DNA of 57,124 bases, the filler included, from Squatina squatina (taxonomy: Eukaryota): assembly GCA_031763465.1 (NCBI GenBank). It is 3 parts of 3 records of this genome, joined end to end, with 100 filler letters (N's around TTAATTAATTAA, not from the genome) between each part and the next. Parts side by side here need not be neighbours in the genome. Positions count along the whole stretch, not along the records: positions 1 to 26,326 come from JARFOE010000203.1; 2 more parts are not named here. One strand, written 5' to 3'. This document shows positions 1 to 13,388 of the stretch, piece by piece. The notes under the pieces were generated by a model. That model ran no database searches. It saw nothing but the letters and a program-made list of their open reading frames with translations, and was not told where the DNA came from. Numbering within the stretch: the first letter of the stretch is position 1; every line of letters begins with the position of its first letter. The position numbers and the translations under genes are program-made.

Positions 1-180
1 GCTGAGGTGGCGTTAAGTCGGCATTGTACACCAACTGATGTCACCTTCAGTTAATTTACATTTTTGCTAAGGCCTTCACCAAAACAGCAGCTTCTGAGTC
101 CCACACCAGAGAAGCGCGTGAGAGTGGCAGCCACCATTTTAGACTGGATTGAGGTGAAAACTCAAGGCAGTAAATGGTCC

Positions 181-505
181 AATTTTTAGGCCATTGAATT
201 GAAGGCAAATTATTGACCTGGTTAGGAGATTGATTAGGTTATAGAAGACAGAGAGCAGGAATAATGGGTATGCATTCAAATTGGAAGGAAGTGACTAGTG
301 GTGCCTCACAAGGATCTGTGCTGTGGGTTCAACTATTCATTATATTTATTAATGATTTAGTTAATGTAATAGAGAGTCATGTATCCAAGTTTACTGATGA
401 CACAAAGATAGTAAGTAATGTAGACAGCAGCATAAATTACAGAGAGGCATTGATAGATTGAGTAGGCAAAACTGTGGTAGATGGATTTCAATGAAGGTAA
501 TTGCA
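181..505 (+). mobile_element. CR1-clade LINE reverse transcriptase fragment (decayed)
   Basis: Translation WKEVTSGASQGSVLWVQLFIIFINDL...SKFTDDTK matches the CR1 RT motifs GVPQGSVLGP-LF-IFINDL and FADDTK; stops on either side. Confidence 0.9.
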
Positions 506-2868
506 TTAAATTGCATAGAATATATGCCCAGAAAGACCATTTGGTCTAACTAGTCTGTGCTGGTACTTTGACTCCACTAGAGTCCCCTCCCATTCTGTCT
601 ACCTCATCTCAGTCTTTCAGCAAATCTTTCTATTCTTTTTTCACCTGCTCACTGATGCTCAGCTCNNNNNNNNNNNNNNNNNNNNNNNNNNNNNNNNNNN
701 NNNNNNNNNNNNNNNNNNNNNNNNNNNNNNNNNNNNNNNNNNNNNNNNNNNNNNNNNNNNNNNNNAATGCTCTTTGATCTAGGACCCCTGTGTCCTGCTT
801 TCATTAATATATTCATGCAGAAATTATCTTGATTTATCCCTTCTGCAACAGAATAAGTATTTCCCAATGTATATATAACACTTGCATCCATGTCTAGCAT
901 GGGCATTAGTTCTTCACAGATTTTGCACGACGCACCAATGCACATTAAACTCATCAGTGTTAGTGCCTCCATATACATTAGTCATTTCGAGCAACACATT
1001 CTGAAAAAATATTACATATTAAAAACACAACTTCAATTGAATCTGGTCCAGATAGAATAAATTAATGCTTGGCCTGAGTATGACTTATAACTCCAGTAAA
1101 GAACATCATGTAACTATTAAGAATTTTCAGCGTGCTTAAAGTTTATTGAATCCACCTCCATTAATTGGAAGCTTTTAGTCCACCAGCATAAAATACTGCC
1201 AGTAGAAAAAAGACTCCCTGAAGGTTTTAAGCTCCATTGCAAATGCTGTACTGCTGCGAATGTGAAATTTGCCATATATAATTTAGAATGGACAGTGGAG
1301 TATTTAAGGAATTTATATTTCTCAAAAATCATTTTAAACATGTCGGAAGTCCTTGTAACTTCACCAGGTTAAGTTTGTGTCTTCCAATAGAAAATATATA
1401 TTCCAATATTGTTCCGTGCTAGCTGTTGGAGATGAACAGAAATGGTTTCTTTCCTGGCCTTGATTGGGAATAGGTATTGATTCCTGTTGTAGTCAATGNN
1501 NNNNNNNNNNNNNNNNNNNNNNNNNNNNNNNNNNNNNNNNNNNNNNNNNNNNNNNNNNNNNNNNNNNNNNNNNNNNNNNNNNNNNNNNNNNNNNNNNNAA
1601 AACCTCCCCCCCCCCCCCCCCGCGTTTGAAAGTAATTCGCCCACCATTTTGCAAGAACTGCATCATTGAAAGTTTTTTTTTAAAAAAAAAGCATTTTTGA
1701 AGCTGCTCTTTCTGAGCTGCTTGCCCTGTTTGTGGATGTGCATGGGTTCGAGTGCAGCAACCCAGGAGTAAACACTCCGCCAGTTAGTGCGGGGATAGGA
1801 AAAGCAGCACATTTATATTTAACCAAGGCACAACTGTTAAACCCCATCATTACCCAGACTAGTCCGCGATCGGTGTGATACAGATTGGTTTCAAGAATGG
1901 CCCCACCACTTCTAACATTTCTTGTAGTTCTTACGATGATGGTTTGGAATTCATTGACAACAATTCTGAAATAGGACCAGAGTTGAAGCCAAGAAGCAGC
2001 TTGGTGTTTTTCTATGTTATTCTTGGGGACGGGGCTGACAAGGTTAAGTGTGGAAATATCTTACTGGTGTATATTTTCTATTTTTGTCTGTCTTAATCTG
2101 AATAAACGTACCTTGCCGTGGCGGTGTAATTGTAGATGAACAGACACGCATTCATGTTTGTATACTTTACACAAGTGATCTAATGCATCAGCAAGAGGCG
2201 AACACCACGGGGAGACCTCATCTTTCCGTCTTTTCCTTACTNNNNNNNNNNNNNNNNNNNNNNNNNNNNNNNNNNNNNNNNNNNNNNNNNNNNNNNNNNN
2301 NNNNNNNNNNNNNNNNNNNNNNNNNNNNNNNNNNNNNNNNNTTCTGTCTGGAGCAGGCAGTCAGAATGGCTCAAATTACACTTTGCAAAGTCACTGATTA
2401 CATAGGCAGGGCAGTTCTAATTACACATTCCAGAGAAACTGCTGGGCGTGTCTTATCCTCCAAGGGAACCAATCAGCAATCAAATCTTGTGATCAAGGGG
2501 ACCCAATCGGAGCTTTAGGTGTTACAAATAAACACGTCTGTCTGAGAGAATGACACAAAAACGATGTATTTGCATTACTTCCCATTTTTAGATTTGAAGT
2601 CTGTAACCAGTCTCTTACAGGTGTCGTCACTGCTGTCAGAACAAGGTAGGTCATTCACACTGGGGAGTGCCATCGGCCATGCAAGATGTTGAGTGATTAT
2701 CAGAATTGTCTTTTTTAAGAAAGTGTTGATGACAGCCGGCTTGTTTTGTCACATGGTTGCCCTCATTAATGTAATATTATGTGATGTACGATGCAAAAAA
2801 TATCAGTTATCTTATTGTATCAACAACTTAATTTTCATTCCCTCTCATTTCAGGACATATGACATAGG

Positions 2869-3577
2869 ATGAACACTGCTCATCGCCTGATACTATCTGT
2901 GTTGTTGTTCCTTGTTCTGCTCACTTTGGGGTTTGATGTCAGTGAGAACGTATGTTCCACATTGGTTTCTGGAGTTCTGTACAGATCATTCTCCTTACAG
3001 GACATATTCCCTAAAGCCTTGTCTGGCTGTTCCTGGACTATTGAAAATCCAGATCCAACAAAATATTCCATTTATTTAAAATTTCACAAAGAGCAGCAAA
3101 TTTGCTCCCATACCTCTCTGATGGTACTGCAATTGGATCACTACGTTCCGAACCAGACCTGTAGCACATTGGATTACATCGATTATGATGCTGTTAACTT
3201 GTGTGAAACTAGGAATTTGTTTACATTTTTACAGTTTGATAAAGATTTTGTACAATTTTGCTTGACCTCTGAATCACTTTTGAACGAACGCCTAGGGAAA
3301 AATGCAATGGAATTTCAACTCTTGGAGGTTATTTTACTGAATAACGAGAATTCCAGCCAATTCGGCTGTGGAATATTGTGCCATTGGTTTAAGAGCTGCT
3401 TGAGCAACAGAAATCGTCATGAACCATGTGGAATTAATTACTCAGGATGTGCATGCCCCGACGTGCATGAAAATGAGTCCGTCTCAAGCACGGTACTGCC
3501 TTTCATCGAGAATGAGTTCTTAGCATCAAAATTACATTCCAGGAATGTAAATGATTTGAATGTTGCACCAAAAGCTG
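2869..3577 (+). CDS. ADGRB2: ADGRB2 (BAI2) first coding exon: signal peptide and N-terminal extracellular domain
   Basis: Acceptor ctcatttcag ends 2853, ATG at 2869, donor G|gtcagt at 3577/3578 (phase 1). Peptide SGVLYRSFSLQDIFP..SGCSWTIENPDPTKYSIYLKF..LDHY..FTFLQFDKDFVQFCL..NNENSSQF fits recalled human BAI2 better than BAI1 or BAI3. Confidence 0.93.
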
Positions 3578-4606
3578 GTCAGTGTGGGGTTTTTTTTTGT
3601 GCAGCTTTATCGTGANNNNNNNNNNNNNNNNNNNNNNNNNNNNNNNNNNNNNNNNNNNNNNNNNNNNNNNNNNNNNNNNNNNNNNNNNNNNNNNNNNNNN
3701 NNNNNNNNNNNNNNNTACCACAAGTCATAATATTCAATATAAAACTTTTTACAGGATTTTTGCGTCCACCTGAGAGGGCAGATGGGGCCGCATACTGTTT
3801 ATATCTATTTTCAATATGACCTCAAAACGTCTTGGAACTTTGGCGTAACTGTGGAATGAGAACTGTGTGGCGCCGCTTGTTGGGAGAAAGTACCCGCATA
3901 ACTGGAATGTGAACTCACTTGTACGCAGAGCACCTTCCGAGTAAGGGCAAAAGGATCAGGATCACATTATCGGTCCTGTAGCTCCCTGTGGGGGGTGGGG
4001 GGATATCCAATACACTAAGCTGTACAAGGGCCACCATTAAATTTATGCTGAGGCAGGCAGCCATTGTTTTGGTGTTGCTGTTTGATCGGTAAGTATTCTG
4101 AATCAAGTTCTGAAACAATAATAGTAGAAAATCAAGGGAGAGAAAAACTAAAAACAAAAAGAAAATTATTGACCTGGAGATGACAGAGTAGACTGAAGAA
4201 TGTGGTTGAGAACTTGCAACAAACAGTTCAACACCGTAGCTTTGAAATTATGGTAGGGAATAATAGGTATGAAAGCGTTAATAGCCCCGCTGAAATGGCA
4301 GCGAGAGACTTGAAGTGTCCATACCTCTTTCCCACAGCATAATTTCAATGCCTTCACACATATATTAAACAATGAGAATCATGTGACAATCTTCACTGTA
4401 ATTTTTCTGTTTCCTGATTAGCACTAAATTAACTTGCATTTCTTTTTTTTTAGTGGAAGTGAATTCACATAAGGAACAATGATAATGAATAAAATAGAAA
4501 GTTGTGATTGAGTGATGATGAATAGTGCAGTCTGGCTGCTTCTGTGATGAATTTGATGATTTATTATCAAAATGATTAACTCTCGTTTGTTTTATTCTTT
4601 TGCTAG

Positions 4607-4771
4607 GAGATCCTGCTGCTGAAGAGTGGTCTCAGTGGAGTGTGTGCTCACTGACGTGTGGCATGGGGTGGCAGGTGCGAACGAGATCTTGTGTAGCCTC
4701 CCCCTATGGGACTCTGTGCAGCGGTCCGCTAAGGGAAACACGGGTTTGCAATAATACAGCCACATGTCCAG
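4607..4771 (+). CDS. ADGRB2: ADGRB2 exon, thrombospondin type-1 repeat 1
   Basis: 165-nt phase 1-1 exon with ag/gt ends; [55 protein letters not shown]. Confidence 0.95.
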
Positions 4772-6026
4772 GTAGCTTTAGTTGTGTGGTTAAATCTTAC
4801 ACCACAGTATTGATTGTTGTCCTTGAAGTTAACTAAACTGAATGATCAAAATCTGATCCACTCAGAGTAGATTAGGTTAGAATTTGCTGTTGGGGATATT
4901 AGCGAAGCAATACTTAATATTTTCATATAGCGTTCCTCTGCTATTTTAACACAAGTTAAAGTTTAAAGCTAATTTAAAGTTAACCCTCTTAAAATAAATG
5001 TATGTTAACACCTTAGTTAAAATAGTGGACTGAGAATTGTCATATGTAAACATTNNNNNNNNNNNNNNNNNNNNNNNNNNNNNNNNNNNNNNNNNNNNNN
5101 NNNNNNNNNNNNNNNNNNNNNNNNNNNNNNNNNNNNNNNNNNNNNNNNNNNNNNCCCAAACATTTTGTATCGTATTTCCTTTTTGCGATGACATTGTTGA
5201 GGGAACCTCATGATGTTGCATCAAAAGAATGCAACACAGAATTGATTACCTGTTTAAAAATATAATGCACAGTAAACCATGGCCAAATGAGAGATTCAGT
5301 ATACGAGAGACCAATAAATGTACAAACAATTCCCTTTCCAGCACTTAGGGTTTTATGTGAGAATTCAATACAATATACTTCCACATTAATTCCAGCTCTA
5401 TAGAGAAAACTAAAAGGGAGTTCATAACTGGAAATATGTTTACTTGTTTTAGGTGAATTGATGCTCATAGCATCAGGGCTGGAAATCAACTGGTCTACCT
5501 CTGTTGCCTAGTTTTGGCTTTACAAACAGCATGGTCTATCTTGTGCATTAGGTCAAACCACAATCCTCAAGAAGCAGCAAAATTACTAAAACAAGATGAC
5601 TTGACTTCACAAAATGTAGGGGTGGTGGAGAGCTAATTCATACCTATAATTATGTCCAAACTCTGAGCTCCTGACCTCAGCAAAGCTGTCCAGGGAAAGC
5701 TACCGAGAAAGGAGTAAATCCAAGTCAGAGTGAGCAAGACAAACCATTGCAGGTTGCCTGCACCCAACTTGGCTGGTGAATTGTCTTTCGTTTGGGGACA
5801 AATAAGTTTGGAAATGGGGAAGGGAGGGAGGAAAGGACAGTTTTGTTTTTAAAAAAGCTTATCCAGTTTTATGTATGAAAAAACTCTGCAGTATAGCTCA
5901 ACTCATAATACCCCTACCCCTTTCCAAAAAAGGAACAGCGGTAAGACCAATGGTGTATTCCAGGCCTGGCGGTAGTGACGAGAAAACATACAACATGGAA
6001 TTTATGTTCCTCTTATTTGTTGACAG

Positions 6027-6188
6027 TTGAAGGACAGTGGCTGGAGTGGGGACCATGGAACAGGTGCTCAGTAACATGTTCAAATGGAACGCAACAGAGA
6101 ACCCGCAAATGCATTTCGACCCACGGTTGGACAGAATGTAAAGGTCACCAGGCTGAGGCCCGGGACTGCTTCAATCGGGAGTGCTCAA
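6027..6188 (+). CDS. ADGRB2: ADGRB2 exon, thrombospondin type-1 repeat 3
   Basis: 162-nt phase 1-1 exon (tgacag| ... A|gtaatt); VEGQWLEWGPWNRCSVTCSNGTQQRTRKC... Confidence 0.93.
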
Positions 6189-6894
6189 GTAATTTCCTTT
6201 GTTCTTAAATAGAGTAACTTATCACTCTAAACCTCGTTGCTTGATAACAGCCTCCGATTATAACACACACTGCTTCAGACTCTCTATAAAATTGCCACTC
6301 TAAATCTTAGTAATTGACAACAACCTCCATTTATAACTCACCGTGCCTCTGGATGCCTACAAAATAGTGTAGTCTTTCACTCTAAAGCTCTGTGACTGAG
6401 AGCAATTCCTCGGCTGCCTCTGGGTCCCCTTCAATAGAGCAGCCTCTCACTCTAAAGCTCTGTGATTGACACCAGACTCCGATTATAACAAACAGTGCCT
6501 TTGGCTTTTTATGTAATTAAGCAATGATACAATCTTCTCAATGTTATTGTTGGATGCAGCACTCATCACATTGAAACTGTAAGCCACAAAATGCGTAATT
6601 ATAATCACACATAAAACAGCAACAATACCAAAAAAAACTATTATAGTCGGAGAAGAGTTCAAGATGGAATGAGATTCATCGACTGCTCCAGCTTTGCTCC
6701 TACGATTTATCTTATCATCTGAATCCATTTGTGATTACAGCCCCATAACTNNNNNNNNNNNNNNNNNNNNNNNNNNNNNNNNNNNNNNNNNNNNNNNNNN
6801 NNNNNNNNNNNNNNNNNNNNNNNNNNNNNNNNNNNNNNNNNNNNNNNNNNGCACAGACCCCATGAAAAAACTGAGGAGGCGGATGAAAAAGTAA

Positions 6895-7200
6895 GTTGCT
6901 GAAAAATCAAAGTGGCGCACGCACCTCCCCTTTAAATTTTGCCACGTGAGCGGAGTGCGGCCCAGTTCATGATCTGCGAGTCTGGCGCTGACATCGCCTG
7001 CAGCGGCCTCACGGGTCACTGGCCAATTTCCACCGTGGGGTGAAACGGCCCACTGCGCATGGCAATGGTGACATCGCCGGAGATGCAGCGGCCCAGGGTG
7101 CTACCGGTTTTACTGGAGTCGGTAGCGCCCCATCCCCCGCCACTCCGGACGAGAAATGGTTTTGTGCCCTGTTAGCGCCCCCCAGAGGCACTAATGGCAG
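6895..7200. mobile_element. GC-rich non-autonomous DNA transposon fragment, probably Harbinger-related
   Basis: GC/CpG-rich patch sharing the motif gttagcgcc(c/t)cc-gaggg with the element at 23963-24703; no coding similarity seen. Confidence 0.45.
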
Positions 7201-7696
7201 TCACAAACCATGCAAACTTGTCCGTCTTAGTTTATACTACATGAGAGAGTAATTAATCTGTTTGTTATTTGCAGTAACTTCATAAGCACATTCAAAAAGA
7301 ACATGGGTAATTTTAATCCAACCCGCCTGGTGGGAAACTAACGAGATTGGGTCAGCTCCAATTTTTGAAGTCAATGGAGAATAAAATCTGGTGGGGCATA
7401 AAACAGGCAGCCAACCTGATCTCTTCAGTTTGCTGCCAGTGTATTAGGTTTAAATTACCCTTGATGTGTTCACAGTGTTACACACTGTATCTACAGCAAT
7501 TCTTACCTTCATCTCAGAGTCTTACTTTTCTGAGGAGAAAGCTGAGATTTTCTGCGTGTAAAATAGTTGCCTGATTTTGATGATGAATGAAATACAATGG
7601 TCAGATATTTACCTACAATTGTCATTTGGGGAGACTGCTGCTGCTGGTGCATGCAAATCCCTCAAATGAATTAATTACATTTCATCATTTTTTAAG

Positions 7697-7861
7697 CTGA
7701 TGGCAAATGGGGTCCGTGGAATCACTGGAGTTTGTGTTCCAAGACGTGTGACAGTGGCTGGCAACGGCGCTTCCGAATGTGCAAAGGGACAAGTGTCAAA
7801 GGTTACCCATGTGAAGGATCAGGGGAAGAGGTCAGGACATGCAATGTGAAAAGATGCCCAG
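7697..7861 (+). CDS. ADGRB2: ADGRB2 exon, thrombospondin type-1 repeat 4
   Basis: 165-nt phase 1-1 exon (tttaag| ... G|gtagga); [55 protein letters not shown]. Confidence 0.95.
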
Positions 7862-8459
7862 GTAGGAGAATTATATTTCATAATACTTACTTCAATTTAT
7901 GCTTTACTTTCACTTCTTATTTGCTTTCACACACCTCAGCCACTTTAGTTCAAGACGTTCCTCTACCCCCTGGAGGGGAAAGGAGTGAAGCAGACAGAGA
8001 AAAAATTCTGCATAACATCTGGTTCTGGTAGTAACTCCTGATATATCATTAGATTAAGGAGCAGATCTATCTCAACAATGTAGTTGGGTAAACCCTAGGT
8101 CCCGTGGAATCATCCATAAAATCAGAGATATTGGTCTAACACAGTTTGACCTAATGGGGTACTGTTTAGCTGACATTATGATTGCAAAAAACAGAGGTCA
8201 AATTATTTGATTAGAACATCAGTTTAATTATGTCTTTTTTTTGCAATATTCTATGTTCTTCCTGGTTTTCCATTCTCTTGCTCAGACCAGGAAATCTGCT
8301 TCAATGTCCATGTCAGTTGCTCTGCAACCAGCTGCTAATAACTGCATGGCAGCCATCCAGGGTGCCTCTTTCTCCCTTTGACTTTCATTGTCTTTGTCCC
8401 TGCAAAGACATGCCTGACCTCGCTTGGCATCTATCCACAATGGCATGTCTGAAACTGGG

Positions 8460-8796
8460 AGAATGAGAACAGGTTTCGGCCATTTGACCCATCGAACATT
8501 CTTGACTGTTTTATGGGAACTCCATTTTTAAAATCCCAATTGTTTTCCTTTTCTGCAAATATCCTTGCTTGCCAAGTAAGTATCTGTTTCACTCAAACAC
8601 TTCAATTGTTTTGCATCTGGAACATATTTTACAGCCCTTTATGTGAATGATATTTTCCTGGATTTGCTTGAATTCTGATTATATCCCGTTATCTGATTTC
8701 CCTATTGGAAGGCAGAGTCATTCCTGATCTACCCTGTCAATTCATTTCATTATCTTAAATGCTTCAATTAGGTTCCCATGGTAATCCTCCTGTATG
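8460..8796 (-). mobile_element. Decayed CR1 LINE 3' end
   Basis: Resembles the reverse complement of the CR1 3' region at 38874-39406 (ggccattt, tctaccctgtcaattcatttcattatcttaaa...caatta). Confidence 0.55.
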
Positions 8797-10189
8797 NNNN
8801 NNNNNNNNNNNNNNNNNNNNNNNNNNNNNNNNNNNNNNNNNNNNNNNNNNNNNNNNNNNNNNNNNNNNNNNNNNNNNNNNNNNNNNNNNNNNNNNNAACA
8901 GGACCCAAGTTTTGCGCCAAAAATGGCTTAACGCCAGTTTTGCGCCACTTTCATGCGAGAAGTTTTACCACGAATTGGCCGCCCCTATTTAAACCCAAAC
9001 AGATCATTTCATAATGCGTGCTCCTGGCCTGGAACTTTTTGCACTCGTGGCACGCTCACAATTTCCCAGTTTATACACTCCTGGTCGACGAAGCTCCAGG
9101 CCAAGAGCATGCATTCAGAACACTAGCCCTCAACTCACAAATAGCAGTAAAACATATTCACATTACTGTCAAAATGCTGCTGGAACAGATGGTAACAACA
9201 TACAAAATTAACCACATAATGTGATTAATTGTTCAATAAATAACTATTTACTCATCTGTTAAAACACTAAAAAGAACTGTAATTTTAAGAATTGTTGAAA
9301 GGAGTCAAACACTGCCACAGCTGCAACCAGAAAAGATAAATTGTAGGTAGACAGTTGTCAGAGCTGGTACACAGCTCCAGAGGATGGTTATTGTGTATTT
9401 AGCTCTTCAATGCGGCCTCTAAGTGTATCTGTGCTGGTGGGCTTCCAAGATGTAACACCTGGACCAGCTTGAATGGAGAATTGAGCTGGGTTTTATAGAA
9501 AACCCCAAAGCAGATAAGCATTGCCTGTTTGCCAATGAAGTAACCTGATATCTGCACAAAGATGTACTTGCATTTGTTGTGCGCAGCTTCTGAATTCCAA
9601 TGAAAGATGCTGGGGTTTTCCATTGCTGCACTCACCAGCTGCATATTTCTGCCCATTCACTTTAATGGACAGAAAGTTGAGAGCCGACGATTGCAGAAAT
9701 GGAAAACCCTGGCGACTGTTTGGAAGCACCTGACCAAGATACAGGTGCATATTGCAGCTTACTGTGGATGAAAGGCTGCCAATCTACGCAAATCTGACAG
9801 ATGTTAGCTGTCTGGCAACCTCGCTCAGATTGACACCTCGCTCATTATGAGAGTAAAAGTCAACCACAGCAGTACCAACTCATTATTTTCATGAACTTTT
9901 CGTTGTTGAATATGATGGGAGGTTGGCCTTAAGATCAGTTGACTTGTCATGTTAAGTGCTTGGCACTTTCTGGGCTCAAACACAACCTCCCATCTCTTGC
10001 CTCAGCACTGAATAACTCTGAGATCCTAGTTCAAAGCTGGCACACTTCCTTGTGAGTGAGGTGTTACAGTCGCCTGCAGGGAGATGTCTTCAACATAGAT
10101 TACCAGATTGCAAAAACAGACTGTTTGTCAGATGTCTTTCAAAATATACAGTAAAGAAGGTTGGCCCCAGGATACTTGAAGAACACCAA

Positions 10190-11661
10190 GGGCTAGAAAT
10201 TCATAGGTCCATTGCACCTGGGTAGCGCCCGCTGGAGGTGCTCCCAGGACGCTCAACTATTTTTTGAGGCCCGTGCAGCATTAGGGGGATGTTTTGTGGA
10301 AGCATCGAGAGGACACGCCTCCGCAGCCGGCGGTGCACGGTGATGATTACATCAACACCATACGTGCCACACCCTGAGCAACCCGGCATAGAATTCATCC
10401 ATGAAATTGGCAATGGCGCCGGGTGTTTGGAACGACAGCAGGAGCTGTCACTGCACAGTCGACCCCCTGATGCGGCGCCATTACTTAAAGGTGAGTTTTG
10501 CACTCAACTTCCCATAAGATATTATAACAGTGACTTGTGACAAGTGAAGTAACAAATTGCTTGAGTAAGGACTTGAAGGAGGTAACAACGATAATTTACT
10601 AATTGTTTCAGTGATAATTTGGCAGAAAGTCCATTTTGGTCAACTGTTGAAGGGAACTTGTGGGGACTGTCCTGGCAGTGGACTGTCTCCTGTTGCTCCA
10701 TCTTGGGAGGTTCCTGCTTAGAAGGTGGTGGCGGCAGATACATCGTCAAAGGGTGCAAGAGAGAGATGCACAAAGGAGAGGGGTGGGTCAGGCTGCAGCA
10801 GTAATGCAAGCCATTGAACCCACAGGTGCTGAGACCTCTGTAGTGAGGCATAGACAGAGGGCAATGCACAGAGGAAGGGGGAGGCAGCCACAGTCACAAC
10901 CAGGCCCACCAGCTCCAGACCATCAAGATGTGGGTCGATGACAAAAGAGTCACCCCAATGTTGAGAGGAGGCCTTAACCCCGCAAGATATACTGGCAACA
11001 AGTCTCCTACATGAAGTTAACTGAGGAGTAATGTGTGAGAGACGGCTTCATTTCTCAAGGGAGATTATAACAGAGCTGTGCCATCTGCTCGCTCAAGATC
11101 TGGAGGTTCACACAAGGATGAGGACTGCTCTTTCAGTAGCAGTGAAGATCACAATCGCATTAAACTTCTACACAAATGGATCATTTCAGGGAGCCACTGG
11201 AGACTTAGGTAACATTTCACACTTTGCTGTTCATTGGGCCATCAGAGATATCACAGATTCTCTCTAAAGAAAGAGAAGGCAATACATCTCATTCCCCATG
11301 ACTAGTGAGAAGCAGCAGGAGAGCGCAACTGGATTTGTGAGAATCGCTGGATTCCTGATGGTGCAGGGTGCAATCGACTGCACTCACATAGCCATCAGGA
11401 CATCTCATAACAATCCTGAGCGCTGCAGCAACCGTAAGGGGCTCCTGTTTCTCAATGTGCAGTTGGTGTGCGATCACAACAGAATTATTATGGTGGTCAA
11501 TGCCCAGTATCCGGGCAGTGCCCACGACGCATTCATCTTGCGTCAGAGTAGGGTGCCGCAACTGTTTCAGGGACCAAATCCACCATGTGGTTGGTTACTT
11601 GGAGACAAGGGATACCCCTTGCAAACATGGCTGATGACACCCCTTCAGCACCCAAACACTG
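10190..11661 (+). mobile_element. PIF/Harbinger DNA transposon, 5' part with disrupted DDE transposase
   Basis: Starts with a TIR-like GGGCTAGAAATT. Transposase motifs ALSVAVKITIALNFY..GSFQ, VQGAIDCTHIAI, NVQLVCDH, YPGSAHDAFIL and WLLGDKGYPL (DDE_Tnp_4/HARBI1 type) are interrupted by stops; the element runs into an N gap. Confidence 0.92.
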
Positions 11662-12722
11662 NNNNNNNNNNNNNNNNNNNNNNNNNNNNNNNNNNNNNNN
11701 NNNNNNNNNNNNNNNNNNNNNNNNNNNNNNNNNNNNNNNNNNNNNNNNNNNNNNNNNNNNNGATTCTGTTATCTAATTCATTACATTCAGAAGTGACATT
11801 GGATGGTAATTATGTGCATCATATTTGTTCTTTTATGATTTGATCCCAATGTTTCCTTCCAAACTGGAGAGAATTGTTCACACAAAACAAAACCCAAATA
11901 TTTTTATGTCAGCCTTGGCACACTCATCTCTGAGGCAGGAGGTTGTAGGTTCAAGCAACCAACTCATAAATTTGAGCACATTAATCGAGGCTTGCACTTC
12001 AAACACCTTGAGAGTTTGTATAACGTGTTCCTTTTTCATGTTCCCCCATTTTTCCATTCTTCTTGTTTTGCTGAGGTTTATAGTCAGCTTTCTGGTTAAT
12101 TTACAGACAATATTTAACTCTTTTAGATGCAACATTTCATACCATTGTGGGGAGCATATATTCTCCAGAGCAAATTGGGACAAAAAAACACCTGGCTGAA
12201 AATGTTTTAAACAAATTTCCCCAGAAATTAATAACAAAAAACACTACTAACACAAAATGAAAATGGAAAATTACAAAATGGCAAAAAAGCCAATGCCCGT
12301 TTAAGAACTCCATCATACAAAGAGCTTCCCTTTGGGCTACTCCCTATGACCGAAAGGAATGCCCACAGCAAACCCATCCTAACTGGGTGGAAAATGATTC
12401 TCTGCTTAATTGAGATGTGCTGTAATATTTAAATAAAGGTCTCACCTGTTTTTTGTTGATACCACTTTACGTTAACCTAAAAAGCAGGCAGAAAAGTGAC
12501 ACAGATCTAGCAATATAGATCTCCAACTGCCCATTGCATCTCTGCACTGCTAGTCATGGCAACCAGAAAGTTGTCTCTTTAATGATTTTAATTAGTGTCT
12601 TGAACTGGGTGCAAACCTTACATACTATGATTGCTGAAGGAACTGGCAGGACTCTGGGGAGTACAGGGAGGAATGGTATGACTACATTATCTATTTCTGT
12701 TTTTTGTTTCCTTGATGTTTAG

Positions 12723-12829
12723 GCTCAGCAAGCCGCAGATGTTTATTAAATTCTCGTGGAATTGCATTTTGGGGACCACCGAGTTTTGCCAGATGTGTCT
12801 CGCATGATTACAGGCACTTACATGTATCG
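12723..12829 (+). CDS. ADGRB2: ADGRB2 exon, hormone-receptor (HormR) domain second half
   Basis: Not in the ORF track. 107-nt exon (tgtttag| ... TCG|gtaggt) reads [36 protein letters not shown]. Confidence 0.93.
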
Positions 12830-13214
12830 GTAGGTACAATTCGCTTCTTTTGCATATCAAATTAGCGAGAGCTTCAAAGGTGGTAGTATAAGGCATTGGG
12901 TGATGTAGTGTGTTAAACACCTCAGCTAAGGATACTGATCCATATCTAGCCCAGATTGCTGAAATGAAAGTCTGTTCACTATAAAAGTTCCACATAAAAT
13001 GAGTTTATTTAGTCTTGCTTTAGTTTCTAATGCAATAATAATTGGAACAAAATTGCAATCAAATGTCAGACGCAAAGGAAAATGCTATCTAATAAACCAT
13101 GGCAATGTATTGGTAGATAAGGGGAGACTTTCCACTTCGGTGCTCTTGGGAGTGCTGCAGTGGAAAACCTCCCTCATGATTTTCCTTTAATGAATGTGTG
13201 CTGGTTTCCCTTAA

Positions 13215-13288
13215 TTATTCAACACTTGTCCAAGTGACTGTTAATTTTGTCCCTGATTATCATTTCTAAAAGCTTCCCCACCACTGAG
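13215..13288 (-). mobile_element. CR1 LINE ORF2 fragment
   Basis: SVVGKLLEMIIRDKINSHLDKC is typical CR1 RT N-terminal sequence. Confidence 0.8.
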
Positions 13289-13388
13289 NNNNNNNNNNNN
13301 NNNNNNNNNNNNNNNNNNNNNNNNNNNNNNNNNNNNNNNNNNNNNNNNNNNNNNNNNNNNNNNNNNNNNNNNNNNNNNNNNNNNNNNN

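Noticed and set aside
2592-2645. Possible non-coding 5' exon of ADGRB2 (ttacag| ... aag|gtaggt); also the CpG patch at about 1620-1870
   Set aside because: Splice-like motifs only; cannot be supported without transcript data.
11031-11661. Possible domesticated HARBI1 gene
   Set aside because: In-frame stops, TIR-like end and several divergent copies indicate transposon relics.
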